The notes: generated by a model not told the origin, from the sequence alone. Positions 47,632-60,094 are shown, counted from the first letter of the stretch. The stretch: 64,000 nt of DNA from Candidatus Buchananbacteria bacterium (GCA_030650095.1 JAUSEE010000033.1:26757-90756), one strand, 5' to 3'. Numbers and translations: made by a program.

Positions 47632-48153
47632 ATGTGGTATAAAATTATAATTTATACAATTCTCATGGCCCTTTTGGCTACAGTCCAAATAACTTTATTT
47701 GGTAGTTTTGGCGATTATTTTAACAGCTTTAATTTTTTATTGGCGGCTTTGGTTATTTTGCTTTTCTTGGTTGATTTTAAATGGATAGTTTATTTTACCA
47801 TCTTGTCCGGATTGATCTTGGATATTTACTCTTCACTGCCATTTGGCATATTCCTACTCTCTTTTTTTTCGGCTGTTTCCATTTCCGATTTTCTGCTCTC
47901 TAACTTTTTTACCAACAGATCTTTTTACTCGGTTATTTTTCTGGGTTTGTCGGCCGTTTTGTCTTTTAATCTTGTTTTTTTAATTACTTCCGGCTTATTT
48001 TATTTGCTGGGTATCAGTGATTTTTATATTGACCAAGGCTACTGGTGGAAATTATTTTATCAAATAATAAATATCTCCTTGGTTTTAAGCGCGTTATTTT
48101 TTATTATTAATTCTGTTTCCCGAAAGTTCAAGCCCAATTTTATCAGATCATAA
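47632..48153 (+). CDS. mreD: Rod shape-determining protein MreD (putative)
   Basis: 173 aa, ~5 TM, position after mreC. Confidence 0.5.
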   Translation: MWYKIIIYTILMALLATVQITLFGSFGDYFNSFNFLLAALVILLFLVDFKWIVYFTILSGLILDIYSSLPFGIFLLSFFSAVSISDFLLSNFFTNRSFYSVIFLGLSAVLSFNLVFLITSGLFYLLGISDFYIDQGYWWKLFYQIINISLVLSALFFIINSVSRKFKPNFIRS

Positions 48154-48202
48154 TCGTCTGGGATCGGGTCTTAAAATTATTTGAAAAATTTATTTCAAAA
48201 TT

Positions 48203-50152
48203 GTGAAAAATTATCATCAAGCAAATATTCAGCAACCAGCTAAAAATAAAGATTTTTTTATTGTTGAAAACATAAACATCGGCCGAAAAGATTCTCTTAA
48301 TTGGGTTGAAGATAGTTTTAACTCGGAATCAAGAGATGACCCGGATAGAAAGCAATTTTTAAGCTTGTCGCTGGGAGAAAAAAAAATAAAATTTTTTTTA
48401 ATTTTTCTGATGTTGGGCATCATGATTCTTCTGGGAAAAAGCTTCTACTTACAAATTATCCGTGGCCATAGTTATTTTGCTTTGGCCGAGGATAATAGAA
48501 TCAGGACAAAATATGTCAAAGCGCAAAGAGGCATTTTTTATGATGCCAGCGGAGAAGTCTTGGTACGCAATATTTCCGGATTTTCCTTGTTTATAACGCC
48601 ATCGGATTTGCCCAGGGACAACAGGGAAAGGCAGGCGGTGATAGAACAAATTTCTTCCATTATCGGTTTAAGCAGTCAAGAAATAATAGATAAATTGTCT
48701 GATTATCGATATTTTTTTCAACCGATTGCCATTGAAACCGGCATTGATTACCAAAGAGCCATGGCTCTTAAGATTGTCAGTGCTGATTTGCCGGGCATTA
48801 CTCTGGAAGTAGACACTTGGCGCCAGTATTTGGGCGGTAACAGCTTCTCCCATCTTTTAGGCTATGTGGGCAAAATCAGTCCCGAGGAATATGAATCGGA
48901 TAAGACGGATTATTTGCTAAGTGATAATATCGGCAAAACCGGCTTGGAAAAATCATATGAAGAATTGCTGCGAGGCGAGCATGGTAAAAAATTAATAGAA
49001 GTTGATGCCCTTGGCCAAGAAAAAAAGGTTATTTCCAGAACTGATTTTTCACCCGGTGATGATTTGGTCTTAGCCATTGACGCTAAATTACAAAGAAAAG
49101 TTTATGAAATATTGGATGATAAATTAAAAAATCAGAAAGCGGCTGTGGTGATAATTTCCAATCCTAAAAATGGAGAAATATTATCTCTGGTTGATTATCC
49201 CAATTACGATAATAATCTTTTTGCTTTAGGCATAGATTTGGAAAGTTATAAAAAATTAATCGATGATCCACGTAATCCGCTATTTATGCGTTCAATTTCG
49301 GGCGAGTATCCTTCTGGTTCAACTGTTAAGATAGTTATTGCCGCTGCCGCCTTGGAAGAAAATATCGTAACTAAAAATACAACCGTCAACAGTACTGGCG
49401 GCATTAGCGTCGGCCAATGGTTTTTCCCCGATTGGAAAGGCGGCGGTCATGGCGTGACTAATATTATTAAAGCCATTGCCCAGTCGGTCAATACTTATTT
49501 TTACTACATTGGCGGCGGCTATGGAGACTTTAAGGGTTTAGGAGTAGAGCTCTTGGGTAAATATATGAAACTTTTTGGCTTAGGCCAAAAATTAGGCATT
49601 GATTTGCCAGATGAAAAAGACGGCTTTGTGCCGACCCAGAAGTGGAAAAATGAAGTTAAAAAAGAGCCCTGGTACATAGGGGATACCTATCACTTGTCCA
49701 TTGGCCAAGGAGATTTACTGGTTACGCCGTTGCAGGTTAATTTTTATACCAATGTCATTGCCAGTGGCGGTACGCTTTATAAGCCTAAATTAGTCAAGGA
49801 AGTAATCCACAATGATGGCGAGCGGGAAATTTTAATGCCGGAAGTGATTAGGAAAGATTTTATCAGCGCCCAAAATATAAATATTGTCAGGGAAGCCATG
49901 AGGGAAACCGTAATTTCCGGATCGGCCAGAAGCCTTAATTATCTGCCGATAAAAGTAGCCGGAAAAACTGGCACCGCCCAATGGCATAGCACCAAGGAAA
50001 ACCATGCTTGGTTTACCGGTTTTGCGCCCTATGATAATCCCAATTTTACCATTACTGTTTTAGTGGAAGAGGGGGGCGAAGGCAGTAGCATAGCTACGCC
50101 GATTGCCAGGGAAATATTAACTTATTGGTTCAATCGGCCAGCTGGGGGTTGA
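48203..50152 (+). CDS. mrdA: Penicillin-binding protein 2 (elongasome transpeptidase)
   Basis: 649 aa; N-terminal TM, dimerisation domain, transpeptidase SGSTVK (SxxK) and KTGTAQ (KTG); directly after mreBCD. Confidence 0.85.
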   Translation: MKNYHQANIQQPAKNKDFFIVENINIGRKDSLNWVEDSFNSESRDDPDRKQFLSLSLGEKKIKFFLIFLMLGIMILLGKSFYLQIIRGHSYFALAEDNRIRTKYVKAQRGIFYDASGEVLVRNISGFSLFITPSDLPRDNRERQAVIEQISSIIGLSSQEIIDKLSDYRYFFQPIAIETGIDYQRAMALKIVSADLPGITLEVDTWRQYLGGNSFSHLLGYVGKISPEEYESDKTDYLLSDNIGKTGLEKSYEELLRGEHGKKLIEVDALGQEKKVISRTDFSPGDDLVLAIDAKLQRKVYEILDDKLKNQKAAVVIISNPKNGEILSLVDYPNYDNNLFALGIDLESYKKLIDDPRNPLFMRSISGEYPSGSTVKIVIAAAALEENIVTKNTTVNSTGGISVGQWFFPDWKGGGHGVTNIIKAIAQSVNTYFYYIGGGYGDFKGLGVELLGKYMKLFGLGQKLGIDLPDEKDGFVPTQKWKNEVKKEPWYIGDTYHLSIGQGDLLVTPLQVNFYTNVIASGGTLYKPKLVKEVIHNDGEREILMPEVIRKDFISAQNINIVREAMRETVISGSARSLNYLPIKVAGKTGTAQWHSTKENHAWFTGFAPYDNPNFTITVLVEEGGEGSSIATPIAREILTYWFNRPAGG

Positions 50153-50224
50153 CATAACTTTTAATAACTTATATACTGGAAACTATATTGATTTTAAAAA
50201 ATATAGAAATTAAGAATTTAAAAC

Positions 50225-50686
50225 ATGAAAGATAACTACATTTCCAAGGAAGGCTTGAAGAAAATAAAAGATGAATTGGAAGAATTAAAAAATATTAAAC
50301 GGCCATTTGTGATTGATAAGATTGCCCGAGCCAGAGAGCAAGGCGATCTTTCCGAAAATGCCGAATACCATGAAGCTCGCGAAGAGCAGAGTTTTATCGA
50401 AGGTAAAATCAAGGAATTAGAGTTTTTGATTAAGAATTCCATTGTTATTAAGAGCGATAAAAAATCAGATGTGGTAGGTATCGGCTCAACTGTTCATGCC
50501 ACTTGCGACAATGGTCTGAAAATAAAATACACTATTGTCGGTCATGCCGAAGCCGATCCGGCCAGTGGCAAGATTTCCAATGAATCTCCCCTGGGCAAAG
50601 CTTTTATAGGCAAGGCCGTCGGCCATGAATTCGAACTGAATATCCCGGCCGGAAAAATAAAATGTAAAATTGATAAAATAGATTAA
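50225..50686 (+). CDS. greA: Transcription elongation factor GreA
   Basis: 153 aa; coiled-coil with DLSENAEYHEAREEQ acidic tip, FKBP-like C-domain. Confidence 0.9.
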   Translation: MKDNYISKEGLKKIKDELEELKNIKRPFVIDKIARAREQGDLSENAEYHEAREEQSFIEGKIKELEFLIKNSIVIKSDKKSDVVGIGSTVHATCDNGLKIKYTIVGHAEADPASGKISNESPLGKAFIGKAVGHEFELNIPAGKIKCKIDKID

Positions 50687-50838
50687 TATAATTTAAAACC
50701 GCCTCATCTTGGGACGGTTTTTTTGTTGAAAGATCTTTTATTGACACATAGAAACTAATAGTGCTAACATAATCTTTGATCTGTTCTACGGTTAAATAGC
50801 TCATTTAAAATCTTCATAGAAAAAGAAAGGAGCCATTT

Positions 50839-51573
50839 GTGGCTAGCCAAAAATCATATCAAGAAGTCACTCTAAATGATTTAAAGGGGTATTTTCTGGG
50901 ATTGAACCCAGGGGAATTATCAGAAATTATTATCGCTGAAATCAATAAAAAAAATCCTAATTTAAAGCTTCTTAGATTTTTAATGTCTCGCCGGAATGAT
51001 CTTGGCGGTATGCCTATTATTAATAATTTTTATTTTATACCGATGGCCTTGGCTATTTCTGGCGGCCATTTGGCGGTGGTAACTCTTCTAGTGGAATTCA
51101 GTGGCATTAACGATTATTATTTTGACCGCGGCACTCCTCTGCATTTGGCTGCCCAGCACGGCCAAAAAGACATCCTTCAATTTTTTATTGATCAAGGCGT
51201 CAACTTTGATCTTAAGGGTTTGGGCGGAGCTACGCCCCTTCATTATGCGGCCAGATCAGGACACATTGAGATTGTGAACTTACTACTGGATTTGGGCGCT
51301 GATATAAATAGCGAGTCGGCTTATAGCACGCCTCTTTATTGGGCGGTCATGGGCAATCAGGTGGAGGCGGTGAAACTCTTGATTGAGCGCGGGGCTGATT
51401 TGGCAGTTATCTATCATGGCTTTGACGGTTACGGCGGTGAAAATCACAACCTAGTCCAAGCCGCTATCACTGCCAGTTTCGATATCAGTATGCCTCATGA
51501 GGTTAGCGATAAAAGCTGGAAGATTGTTGATCTCTTGGAAAAAGCCGGAGATCAGGCTTTAACTGTAAAATAA
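50839..51573 (+). CDS. Ankyrin-repeat protein
   Basis: 244 aa, GTG start after AAAGGAG; >=4 ANK repeats (GTPLHLAAQHGQKDILQFFIDQGVN; GATPLHYAARSGHIEIVNLLLDLGAD; TPLYWAVMGNQVEAVKLLIERGAD). Confidence 0.7.
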   Translation: MASQKSYQEVTLNDLKGYFLGLNPGELSEIIIAEINKKNPNLKLLRFLMSRRNDLGGMPIINNFYFIPMALAISGGHLAVVTLLVEFSGINDYYFDRGTPLHLAAQHGQKDILQFFIDQGVNFDLKGLGGATPLHYAARSGHIEIVNLLLDLGADINSESAYSTPLYWAVMGNQVEAVKLLIERGADLAVIYHGFDGYGGENHNLVQAAITASFDISMPHEVSDKSWKIVDLLEKAGDQALTVK

Positions 51574-51619
51574 TTTTAGTTTAAGAACATAGTTTCTAAA
51601 CCAATACAAGGAGAAAGAC

Positions 51620-51808
51620 ATGCCTAGAAAAAAGCCTAAGTTGGATGTTTATTCGGATAGAATCGGTGTTGACGGAGAATCAATGACCATAGGAGAGTGG
51701 GATAAGGCCATGTCCAAATTAAGTCCAAGTGACAAAAGAAGGCTATTTGATCAATTGCAAAAAGAGGTTGCACCTTCTCCAGGTTTGGCGGGATTCTCCA
51801 GACGATAA
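51620..51808 (+). CDS. Hypothetical small protein (62 aa)
   Basis: ATG preceded by AAGGAGAAAG. Confidence 0.3.
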   Translation: MPRKKPKLDVYSDRIGVDGESMTIGEWDKAMSKLSPSDKRRLFDQLQKEVAPSPGLAGFSRR

Positions 51809-51871
51809 TTAAAAACAAAACAAACAGCTGCCGGCAAAACCGACAGCTTTTTAATTATTCCTCATTATTTT

Positions 51872-53596
51872 TTACCAGCCGCCGCCACCACCGCCACCAC
51901 CGCCACCACCAGAAAAACCGCCGCCGCTACTGCCAGAAGAGGAGGGTGATGAAGCCATGGCGGAATTCATATTACTAGTGAGCTGGCTGATAGAACTGCT
52001 AAAGTTATCAATATTAAAACCAGATGATGTGGCGCCATAAAACCAAGCTGCTTGGTATTTATTAAAATAATCATCGCCATAAATTTCTTTTATTTTTTTA
52101 ATCCATAATTTTACCAAGCCGAAGATTATGGCATAGGGCAGTATTTTTTCAAAAATATTTTCTCGTTCATTAAATTCCTGACGATATTTCTCGGCTGTTT
52201 TAATGTATAATTTAAAGCCTTTTATTTTCCATAAAGCCTCGGATCCCTTGGCGGTTAATTTAACCATAATAGCGGCAAAGAAAAATATTATAAAGGTGAC
52301 CACAACCGTATCGGCTATAATAAGCAGCTGACTTAAAAAAATAGATAGACCGATTCCCAAAAAGAGAGCTAGTAATCCGCCAGCAAAAAACAGGCCGGTA
52401 TATTTAAAACCGCGCTCATCAAAAAAACCGTCGGTGACCATTTGTTCTTTAATGGATTTATTTATAACTTTTATTTTTGTATAGAACTTATTCTTCAGAT
52501 AGTCCAATTTTACTTCTTGGTTGGGAATAAGATTTTCAAATATACCATTCATAATTATTTTTTCGTATTCTTTCAGCTGGCTTATGTCCGGGTTGGTTAA
52601 GACGAATTTATATTTTCCTTTGCTGATTTCTTCTATTTTAATGAAGCCCCTAATAGCCAAATCAACAATTGAGGCGGTTGTAAATCTAATATTTGGTTTA
52701 CTGGCGGTATAAATAAAACCAACTTCCATGGGGGACAAGTTATAGGGTGGTTCGTATTCGGCGATAATAGTCTTTTTAAAAGGCAGATCATGGCCGTATT
52801 TGCGCCATATTTTTAGGCAGACAACCAGAGTGATGATTGGCGGCAGTAAAAACAATACAAAATAGACATAATAACTTATCTTTTCCCAGAAAGTGGGCTG
52901 GTAGGGCAGAATTATGCCCTTGGGAAAGGTTAAGGATATAGTAATACCGTCGCCGGGGTTTAGGATTGATTTGCTCCTTACGACGATGGAATGATTTTCG
53001 CTATTCCAACGATAGTCGGCCAGACCGCTGTCTTTTTGTTCGAATCTCCCGCTGTAAAGATTTATTTCGGAATTAGCCGGGGTTATTTCTTTGGGTAAAA
53101 AAATTTCGGCGCTGTAGTTGTTAATTGATATTTCCCAAAAATTGCCGTTTAAGTTCCAATACAATTCGTCAAAATTGTTATTTTGAAAACGGATAGTGTT
53201 TTTGTAATTATATTTGATCAGGTAGTTATTTTCTCCTTGGACGGTTTTATTCTTGTCGCCGATTTTAAGAGTTTGAGTGTAATTATAATAATCTTTTATA
53301 ATCTCATAGTTTAGCGGATTATTTTCAAAATCAGTTATAGTAATTGAATTCAAACCCATTTTTATTTTTTGCTTGTCGTCCGGGTAATAAACGGTGGGTA
53401 GTATTCTAAAAATGCCATGCTTATCTGGCAAGTTGCCGGCATCAGCGATGATCTTTTCGCTGATGTTTAAGCTGGAATCGTAATTAACCGTGATTTGGCT
53501 CTCAAAAGACTTTATATACCAGTCATCGGTTTGAGCCAAAACAAAAAAAGGCAACAATAATATCAAAAAACATATTGTTGTCACCTTTTTATTCAT
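51872..53596 (-). CDS. Membrane protein with extracytoplasmic N-domain and poly-Gly C-terminal tail (DUF2207-like)
   Basis: 574 aa; signal peptide, ~250-aa ectodomain, several TM helices, C-terminus SSGSSGGGFSGGGGGGGGGGGW. Confidence 0.45.
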   Translation of the reverse strand: MNKKVTTICFLILLLPFFVLAQTDDWYIKSFESQITVNYDSSLNISEKIIADAGNLPDKHGIFRILPTVYYPDDKQKIKMGLNSITITDFENNPLNYEIIKDYYNYTQTLKIGDKNKTVQGENNYLIKYNYKNTIRFQNNNFDELYWNLNGNFWEISINNYSAEIFLPKEITPANSEINLYSGRFEQKDSGLADYRWNSENHSIVVRSKSILNPGDGITISLTFPKGIILPYQPTFWEKISYYVYFVLFLLPPIITLVVCLKIWRKYGHDLPFKKTIIAEYEPPYNLSPMEVGFIYTASKPNIRFTTASIVDLAIRGFIKIEEISKGKYKFVLTNPDISQLKEYEKIIMNGIFENLIPNQEVKLDYLKNKFYTKIKVINKSIKEQMVTDGFFDERGFKYTGLFFAGGLLALFLGIGLSIFLSQLLIIADTVVVTFIIFFFAAIMVKLTAKGSEALWKIKGFKLYIKTAEKYRQEFNERENIFEKILPYAIIFGLVKLWIKKIKEIYGDDYFNKYQAAWFYGATSSGFNIDNFSSSISQLTSNMNSAMASSPSSSGSSGGGFSGGGGGGGGGGGW

Positions 53597-53605
53597 GGCT
53601 TTAGT

Positions 53606-55669
<2,064 letters not shown>

Positions 55670-55766
55670 TTAGACCTTATTTTACTAATAATTTATGGTT
55701 TAATTTTATCAAATTCAAGAGTTTTCAGCAAGTCTAAAATACCCCCATAATCACTTATAAAACAGC

Positions 55767-55912
55767 TTATAATGTTGCTGCCCGAATACCCCTGGCTTTT
55801 AAGCCAGGGGACGGGGGGCAGTGTGAGGAAAAATACGTCGGCGGAGCCGACACCTTCCATTTGAAACCGCCCGGATACCCCGCTCTTTAGAGCGGGGTCG
55901 GGTTCATTGAAA
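55767..55912 (-). repeat. GC-rich three-hairpin repeat element, copy 3 (full length, reverse orientation)
   Basis: Reverse complement matches 6024-6166 over ~140 nt with a few substitutions. Lies directly after the stop of the minus-strand CDS 55996..56430 and upstream of gyrB. Confidence 0.8.
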
Positions 55913-55995
55913 TTCTTATTTCAAATAAAAAATGCCAACTTGGTTGGCATTATGGTTTATGTCTTAGAGCGCGAATGTCTCTGATTCAATTAGTT

Positions 55996-56430
55996 TTATT
56001 CTTTTTCAGTTTCAGGCCCTTTCCTGGCCCGCCTTTTTTTAGGGCCAGCATCGTTTTTTGGGTCTGCTGTTTCAAACTTGGCTACCGAAAGTTGAATGAA
56101 ATTGTCTTCGCTAGCCGGTTTTATAGCCCAACCCGCCTGTTTTAAAACTCTTATTACTTTGGTTCTTTCATCCCTTTGCTTCGGGCTGATAGCTAAAACC
56201 GCCAGAGTCATCGGTTCCGGATTTTCCGGATTGATTACAACCAGGGCGTTACGTCTGTTTATTTCTATCTCCAAAGCCAAAGAAAACATCAAGCGAGTCA
56301 GCATTTTGGGCGCTTCCGCCTGCTCCAATAATTCGGCTTTATTTATCAATTCGGGAAATGTTCTTAGTAAATCACCCGGATTTATAATGGTATCCGGTTT
56401 GATATTATTGTAGGAATCATTGTACTTCAT
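55996..56430 (-). CDS. Hypothetical protein (144 aa), basic C-terminus; located just upstream of gyrB
   Basis: ORF; position equivalent to DUF721/DciA-type genes that often precede gyrB, but no motif confirmed. Confidence 0.4.
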   Translation of the reverse strand: MKYNDSYNNIKPDTIINPGDLLRTFPELINKAELLEQAEAPKMLTRLMFSLALEIEINRRNALVVINPENPEPMTLAVLAISPKQRDERTKVIRVLKQAGWAIKPASEDNFIQLSVAKFETADPKNDAGPKKRRARKGPETEKE

Positions 56431-56546
56431 GATAGGCTCCTTTCTGCCATTTAAGGTGCGGATAATGTCTTATGTTAGAGCATAGAGCCTGGTTTTGTCA
56501 ATTTATAGTGGTGATATAAAAAATAGATTTATGGTATAATAAAAAT

Positions 56547-57404
56547 ATGCCTAGTAATCAGAATTACAATTTTACAGACAAGGAATTAAAATTCAGTTAT
56601 TGGTATGTCACCAATAAACTGCTCTTAAAAAGAATTTTAGCGATTTTTTTGGCTTTGGTTGGCTTTTTTCTTTGGCTTTATCTTATTTGGCAATTGGTTT
56701 TTTTCGGCCTCTATTTTAGCCAAGAAAGCTATCAGTTAAAAAAATTGGTTTTTGGGGATAATTTAGCCCTTAGCGTCATAGGCCAATTGCAGCCGACATC
56801 CCTACAGGTAAGCGATCCGGTTTCTTTGGCCGGAGAAGGGAGTAGGAATGATTATTTTGCCGAAATATCAAACAATAATAGCAATTGGCTGGCTACTTTT
56901 GATTATATTTTTGATGGTGTAAGTAAATCAGCCAACTCTCGCAAAGGATTTTCTTTGCCGCTGGAAAAAAAATATCTGATGAATTTGGGTGTTGAGGGAT
57001 CGATTTCGCAGTTGAATATTTCCAATGTAAAATGGCAAAGGATTGATAATCCACAGACTATCTACCAAGAAAGATATAAATTTAAAATAGAAAACAGTAA
57101 TTTTACTCCAGGCTCGAACGCGGGCGATCCCGGCATTTTAGGTTTTGATATTACCAATGAATCAGCCTTCAATTATTGGCAAGTTGGCGTTGCTGTTTTC
57201 CTCTACAGCGGCGGCAATATTGCCTCTGTTAATTATATAGCTTTAGAACAGTTAAAAGCCGGTGAAAAGCGCCATGTCCAGCTTAATTTCAGCAATAAAC
57301 TGCCAAAAATAAGCAATATAGAAATTCTTCCAGAAATTAATGTCTTTGATGAAGATAATATTATGCCTCAAACAGCCCCGGTTGATTTTCCTATTACTCC
57401 CTAA
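56547..57404 (+). CDS. Hypothetical membrane-anchored protein (285 aa)
   Basis: One N-terminal TM helix (ILAIFLALVGFFLWLYLIWQLVFFGLYF) then a soluble domain. Confidence 0.4.
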   Translation: MPSNQNYNFTDKELKFSYWYVTNKLLLKRILAIFLALVGFFLWLYLIWQLVFFGLYFSQESYQLKKLVFGDNLALSVIGQLQPTSLQVSDPVSLAGEGSRNDYFAEISNNNSNWLATFDYIFDGVSKSANSRKGFSLPLEKKYLMNLGVEGSISQLNISNVKWQRIDNPQTIYQERYKFKIENSNFTPGSNAGDPGILGFDITNESAFNYWQVGVAVFLYSGGNIASVNYIALEQLKAGEKRHVQLNFSNKLPKISNIEILPEINVFDEDNIMPQTAPVDFPITP

Positions 57405-57409
57405 GCATT

Positions 57410-58267
57410 ATGAAAAAAATATTTTCTTTTAATCGGTTGCTGGTTATGGCTTTGTTTTTTTTGTTGGCTTTTCTTTATTTCAAGTTAGGCCCTAATAATT
57501 GGCTGATAGTGTCGGAAGTTGATAAACCGCAAATTGAAAAAGGCTGGGGCGAACCTCAAAAAGTTGGCATAAACACCGACAAATGGGAAGGCGGAGCTTA
57601 TGTTTCCGGCGATGGAGAGGCTCTTTTTTATTCTTATTATCCAGGCGATTTAATTTCTGATATGGCCCTTGGCCAACTTAAAGAAGACATTGATATTTAT
57701 TACAGCCTAAAGCCGTTTAATCAAATTAAAAAGCATGCCCTGTCAGAGGATAAATGGTCTGAAGGCGGTGTGATGGTATCGGGCAGCGACGTTTATTATA
57801 TGTCTGATCGTTACCACTTCAATAGCTATGATTTGTATAAAAACGGGCATGTGATATTTAATACGCCGGATAAATCAGAAAAAGATCCCTATTACTGCGC
57901 TCAAAATGACGAGCTTTACTTTACAATTGACGGAGTTATTTATGTTTACAAAAAAGATAAAACAACGGCTTTGCCGGCGCCCATAAACGATGGCAGTTTT
58001 AACGGCCAGCCGTTTTTAACTTTAGATTGTAAGAAGATATATTTTTCTTCCACCAAAGGCGATGGCATTTCTAAGATATTAAGAGCGGAAAAAATATCAG
58101 AAAAATCATGGAGCGAGCCGGCAGTGGTGGTTCAGAGCAGATACGGGGTAATGGAGCCGGCTTTAACTGACAATGGCCAAATCATGTTTTTTGCTCAAGT
58201 TTTGAAATCGGCCAAGGGAGTAGTGAACTCTGATATATTTTATATAGAAAAAGAAAAAAATAATTAG
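57410..58267 (+). CDS. Secreted protein with PD40/TolB-like beta-propeller repeats (tentative)
   Basis: 285 aa; signal/anchor; recurring D-K-W-x-GG-x-x-VSGDG...Y motifs. Confidence 0.4.
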   Translation: MKKIFSFNRLLVMALFFLLAFLYFKLGPNNWLIVSEVDKPQIEKGWGEPQKVGINTDKWEGGAYVSGDGEALFYSYYPGDLISDMALGQLKEDIDIYYSLKPFNQIKKHALSEDKWSEGGVMVSGSDVYYMSDRYHFNSYDLYKNGHVIFNTPDKSEKDPYYCAQNDELYFTIDGVIYVYKKDKTTALPAPINDGSFNGQPFLTLDCKKIYFSSTKGDGISKILRAEKISEKSWSEPAVVVQSRYGVMEPALTDNGQIMFFAQVLKSAKGVVNSDIFYIEKEKNN

Positions 58268-58280
58268 CTTATTTTTTTAA

Positions 58281-58308
58281 ACAGCCCCGCCAAGGCGGGA
58301 CTATTTTT
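58281..58308 (+). terminator. Intrinsic terminator (acagccccgccaaggcgggact + U-run)
   Basis: CCCGCC-aa-GGCGGG stem and TATTTTT; shares 25/29 nt with the eno terminator. Confidence 0.55.
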
Positions 58309-58375
58309 ACATTTGACAAAGTTATAAACATGCGCTAATAATAGCAGCAGTACACAACCAAGGAGGTAAAATATC

Positions 58376-58711
58376 ATGGTTTATCCGGAAGGTTTTATAG
58401 CTAGAGTAAAATCAGCCCTTCCTGATGCAAAAGATCTACATCATGTTCTTGGCAATGATTATAATCATGTCGTCGGACGATTTCTTGAATCACTCTGTGT
58501 CATCTCAATGTCGCCGAAAGAAATTGTTGAGGCCCTAGAAGAGGGACGCATACAAGATGTTATAGATTCAGCCAACAGAGCTGATAAATTTGTTCAGTTA
58601 TATAATGAGTGGCTCATTATTGATGAGCAGGATTCTATTCAACAACTAAAGCAATGGCAAGAATGGAATGAACAGCTTGATAGTTATCCATTTAGACACA
58701 GGATAGAATAG
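58376..58711 (+). CDS. Hypothetical protein (111 aa)
   Basis: ATG preceded by AAGGAGGT. Confidence 0.35.
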   Translation: MVYPEGFIARVKSALPDAKDLHHVLGNDYNHVVGRFLESLCVISMSPKEIVEALEEGRIQDVIDSANRADKFVQLYNEWLIIDEQDSIQQLKQWQEWNEQLDSYPFRHRIE

Positions 58712-58754
58712 CCATAATCCATAGACAGCCTTAAAATAGGGCTGTTTTATTATA

Positions 58755-58784
58755 CTTGACATCTTTTTCAAAAGAACTTATATT
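58755..58784 (+). promoter_or_regulatory. Sigma-70-like promoter of hrcA operon (TTGACA-17/18-TTATATT)
   Basis: TTGACA at 58755-58760; TATATT at 58779-58784. Confidence 0.55.
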
Positions 58785-58788
58785 GTAA

Positions 58789-58815
58789 TTAGCACTCTAC
58801 ATAGATGAGTGCCAG
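58789..58815 (+). promoter_or_regulatory. CIRCE operator (HrcA binding site)
   Basis: TTAGCACTC-tacatagat-GAGTGCCAG versus consensus TTAGCACTC-N9-GAGTGCTAA (7/9 in the right arm), immediately downstream of the -10 and 34 nt upstream of the hrcA ATG. Confidence 0.8.
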
Positions 58816-58848
58816 AAATGGCGCTCGGTAGAAAATTAAAGGCAGATT

Positions 58849-59541
58849 ATGAATTTAGACGAAAGACAAAACAATCTACTTAGGATAGTGGTGGAAGAAT
58901 ATGTGGATTCGGCCAGTCCCGTTGGTTCCGGTCTTATTGTCAGCAAATACTTTAAAGATTTGAGTTCGGCCACCATTAGAAACGATATGGCTGAACTGGA
59001 AAAACAAGGTTTGATTTCCCAGCCCCATACTTCAGCCGGTCGCATTCCCACAATTTCCGGTTATCGCAAGTATCTAAACAGTCTTTCAGCCAAAGGCAAT
59101 CTCACCAAAAGCGAGATGAATAAATTAGCCAGAGTTGAATCAGAAGATTTAAAAACCAGAACCAAAAACATTGCTCGGATTATTGCTGATTTATCCGATA
59201 GCGCCGTCTTTGTCAGTTTTGGCGAAAGTGAGTTTTTTTACACCGGCATTGCCAATTTATTCCGCCAGCCGGAGTTTGCCGAGATGGATTATCTTCATAC
59301 CATGTCCGAAGCCATTGATCATATGGATGAAGCTATTAATTTGATGTTTGATCAATTAGAAATTGGCGAAATACAAACCCTTATCGGCCGTGATAATCCC
59401 TTTGGCGAGGTCACTTCCGTTGTGGTTTCAAAATGCGAGATTGATGGGCAAACCAGTTTAATTGGTATTTTGGGGCCCAATAGGCTGGATTATCGCAAGT
59501 GTTTAAGCTTAGTTGATTATTTTAACAAATTATTTTCCTAA
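58849..59541 (+). CDS. hrcA: Heat-inducible transcription repressor HrcA (short form)
   Basis: 230 aa; N-terminal w[11 protein letters not shown]...[35 protein letters not shown]; C-terminal [11 protein letters not shown]. The middle domain is shorter than in ~340-aa HrcAs. Confidence 0.8.
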   Translation: MNLDERQNNLLRIVVEEYVDSASPVGSGLIVSKYFKDLSSATIRNDMAELEKQGLISQPHTSAGRIPTISGYRKYLNSLSAKGNLTKSEMNKLARVESEDLKTRTKNIARIIADLSDSAVFVSFGESEFFYTGIANLFRQPEFAEMDYLHTMSEAIDHMDEAINLMFDQLEIGEIQTLIGRDNPFGEVTSVVVSKCEIDGQTSLIGILGPNRLDYRKCLSLVDYFNKLFS

Positions 59542-59560
59542 AAAATAATATATATATAAA

Positions 59561-60049
59561 ATGGATAAAGAAGATAATATAAAAGACGCCAGTTCTTTAC
59601 AAGAAGAATTAGAAGAGGCCAAAATACAAATAGCAGAAAATTTGGCCGGTTGGCAAAGAGCCCAAGCTGATTATGCTAATTTCAAAAAAGAAACGGAGAG
59701 CAGGCAAAAAGATGTTATTGAATTTGCCAACGCCGCTTTTATGGCCGAAGTTTTACCAATTTATAATCATTTTAAATTAGCTCTGGGGCATATACCTAAA
59801 GAGCAAATGAAATTGGATTGGGTGGTGGGGCTAGCTCATATTAAAAAGCAATTTCAGGATTTTTTAAGAAAATATAAAATAGAAGAAATCAAGACAATTG
59901 GAGAAAAATTTGATCATAATTTTCATGAAGCAGTGGCCTATGAGGAAAAAGAGGGTTATGAGAGTGATATAGTTTTTGCCGAAGTCCAGCCGGGCTATAC
60001 ACTGGGAGATAAAATTCTGGTGCCGGCTCAAGTTAAAGTGGCCAAGTAA
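59561..60049 (+). CDS. grpE: Nucleotide exchange factor GrpE
   Basis: 162 aa; coiled-coil N-term, LRAQADYANFKKE..., C-terminal beta domain. Confidence 0.85.
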   Translation: MDKEDNIKDASSLQEELEEAKIQIAENLAGWQRAQADYANFKKETESRQKDVIEFANAAFMAEVLPIYNHFKLALGHIPKEQMKLDWVVGLAHIKKQFQDFLRKYKIEEIKTIGEKFDHNFHEAVAYEEKEGYESDIVFAEVQPGYTLGDKILVPAQVKVAK

Positions 60050-60057
60050 TTTAAAAA

Positions 60058-60085
60058 TAAAAAACCCCAACAAGTTGTTAGGGTA
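60058..60085 (-). terminator. Intrinsic terminator for acpP (ccctaacaacttgttgggg + U-run on minus strand)
   Basis: Hairpin followed by TTTTTTATTTTT when read on the minus strand. Confidence 0.5.
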
Positions 60086-60094
60086 TGAGAGCTG

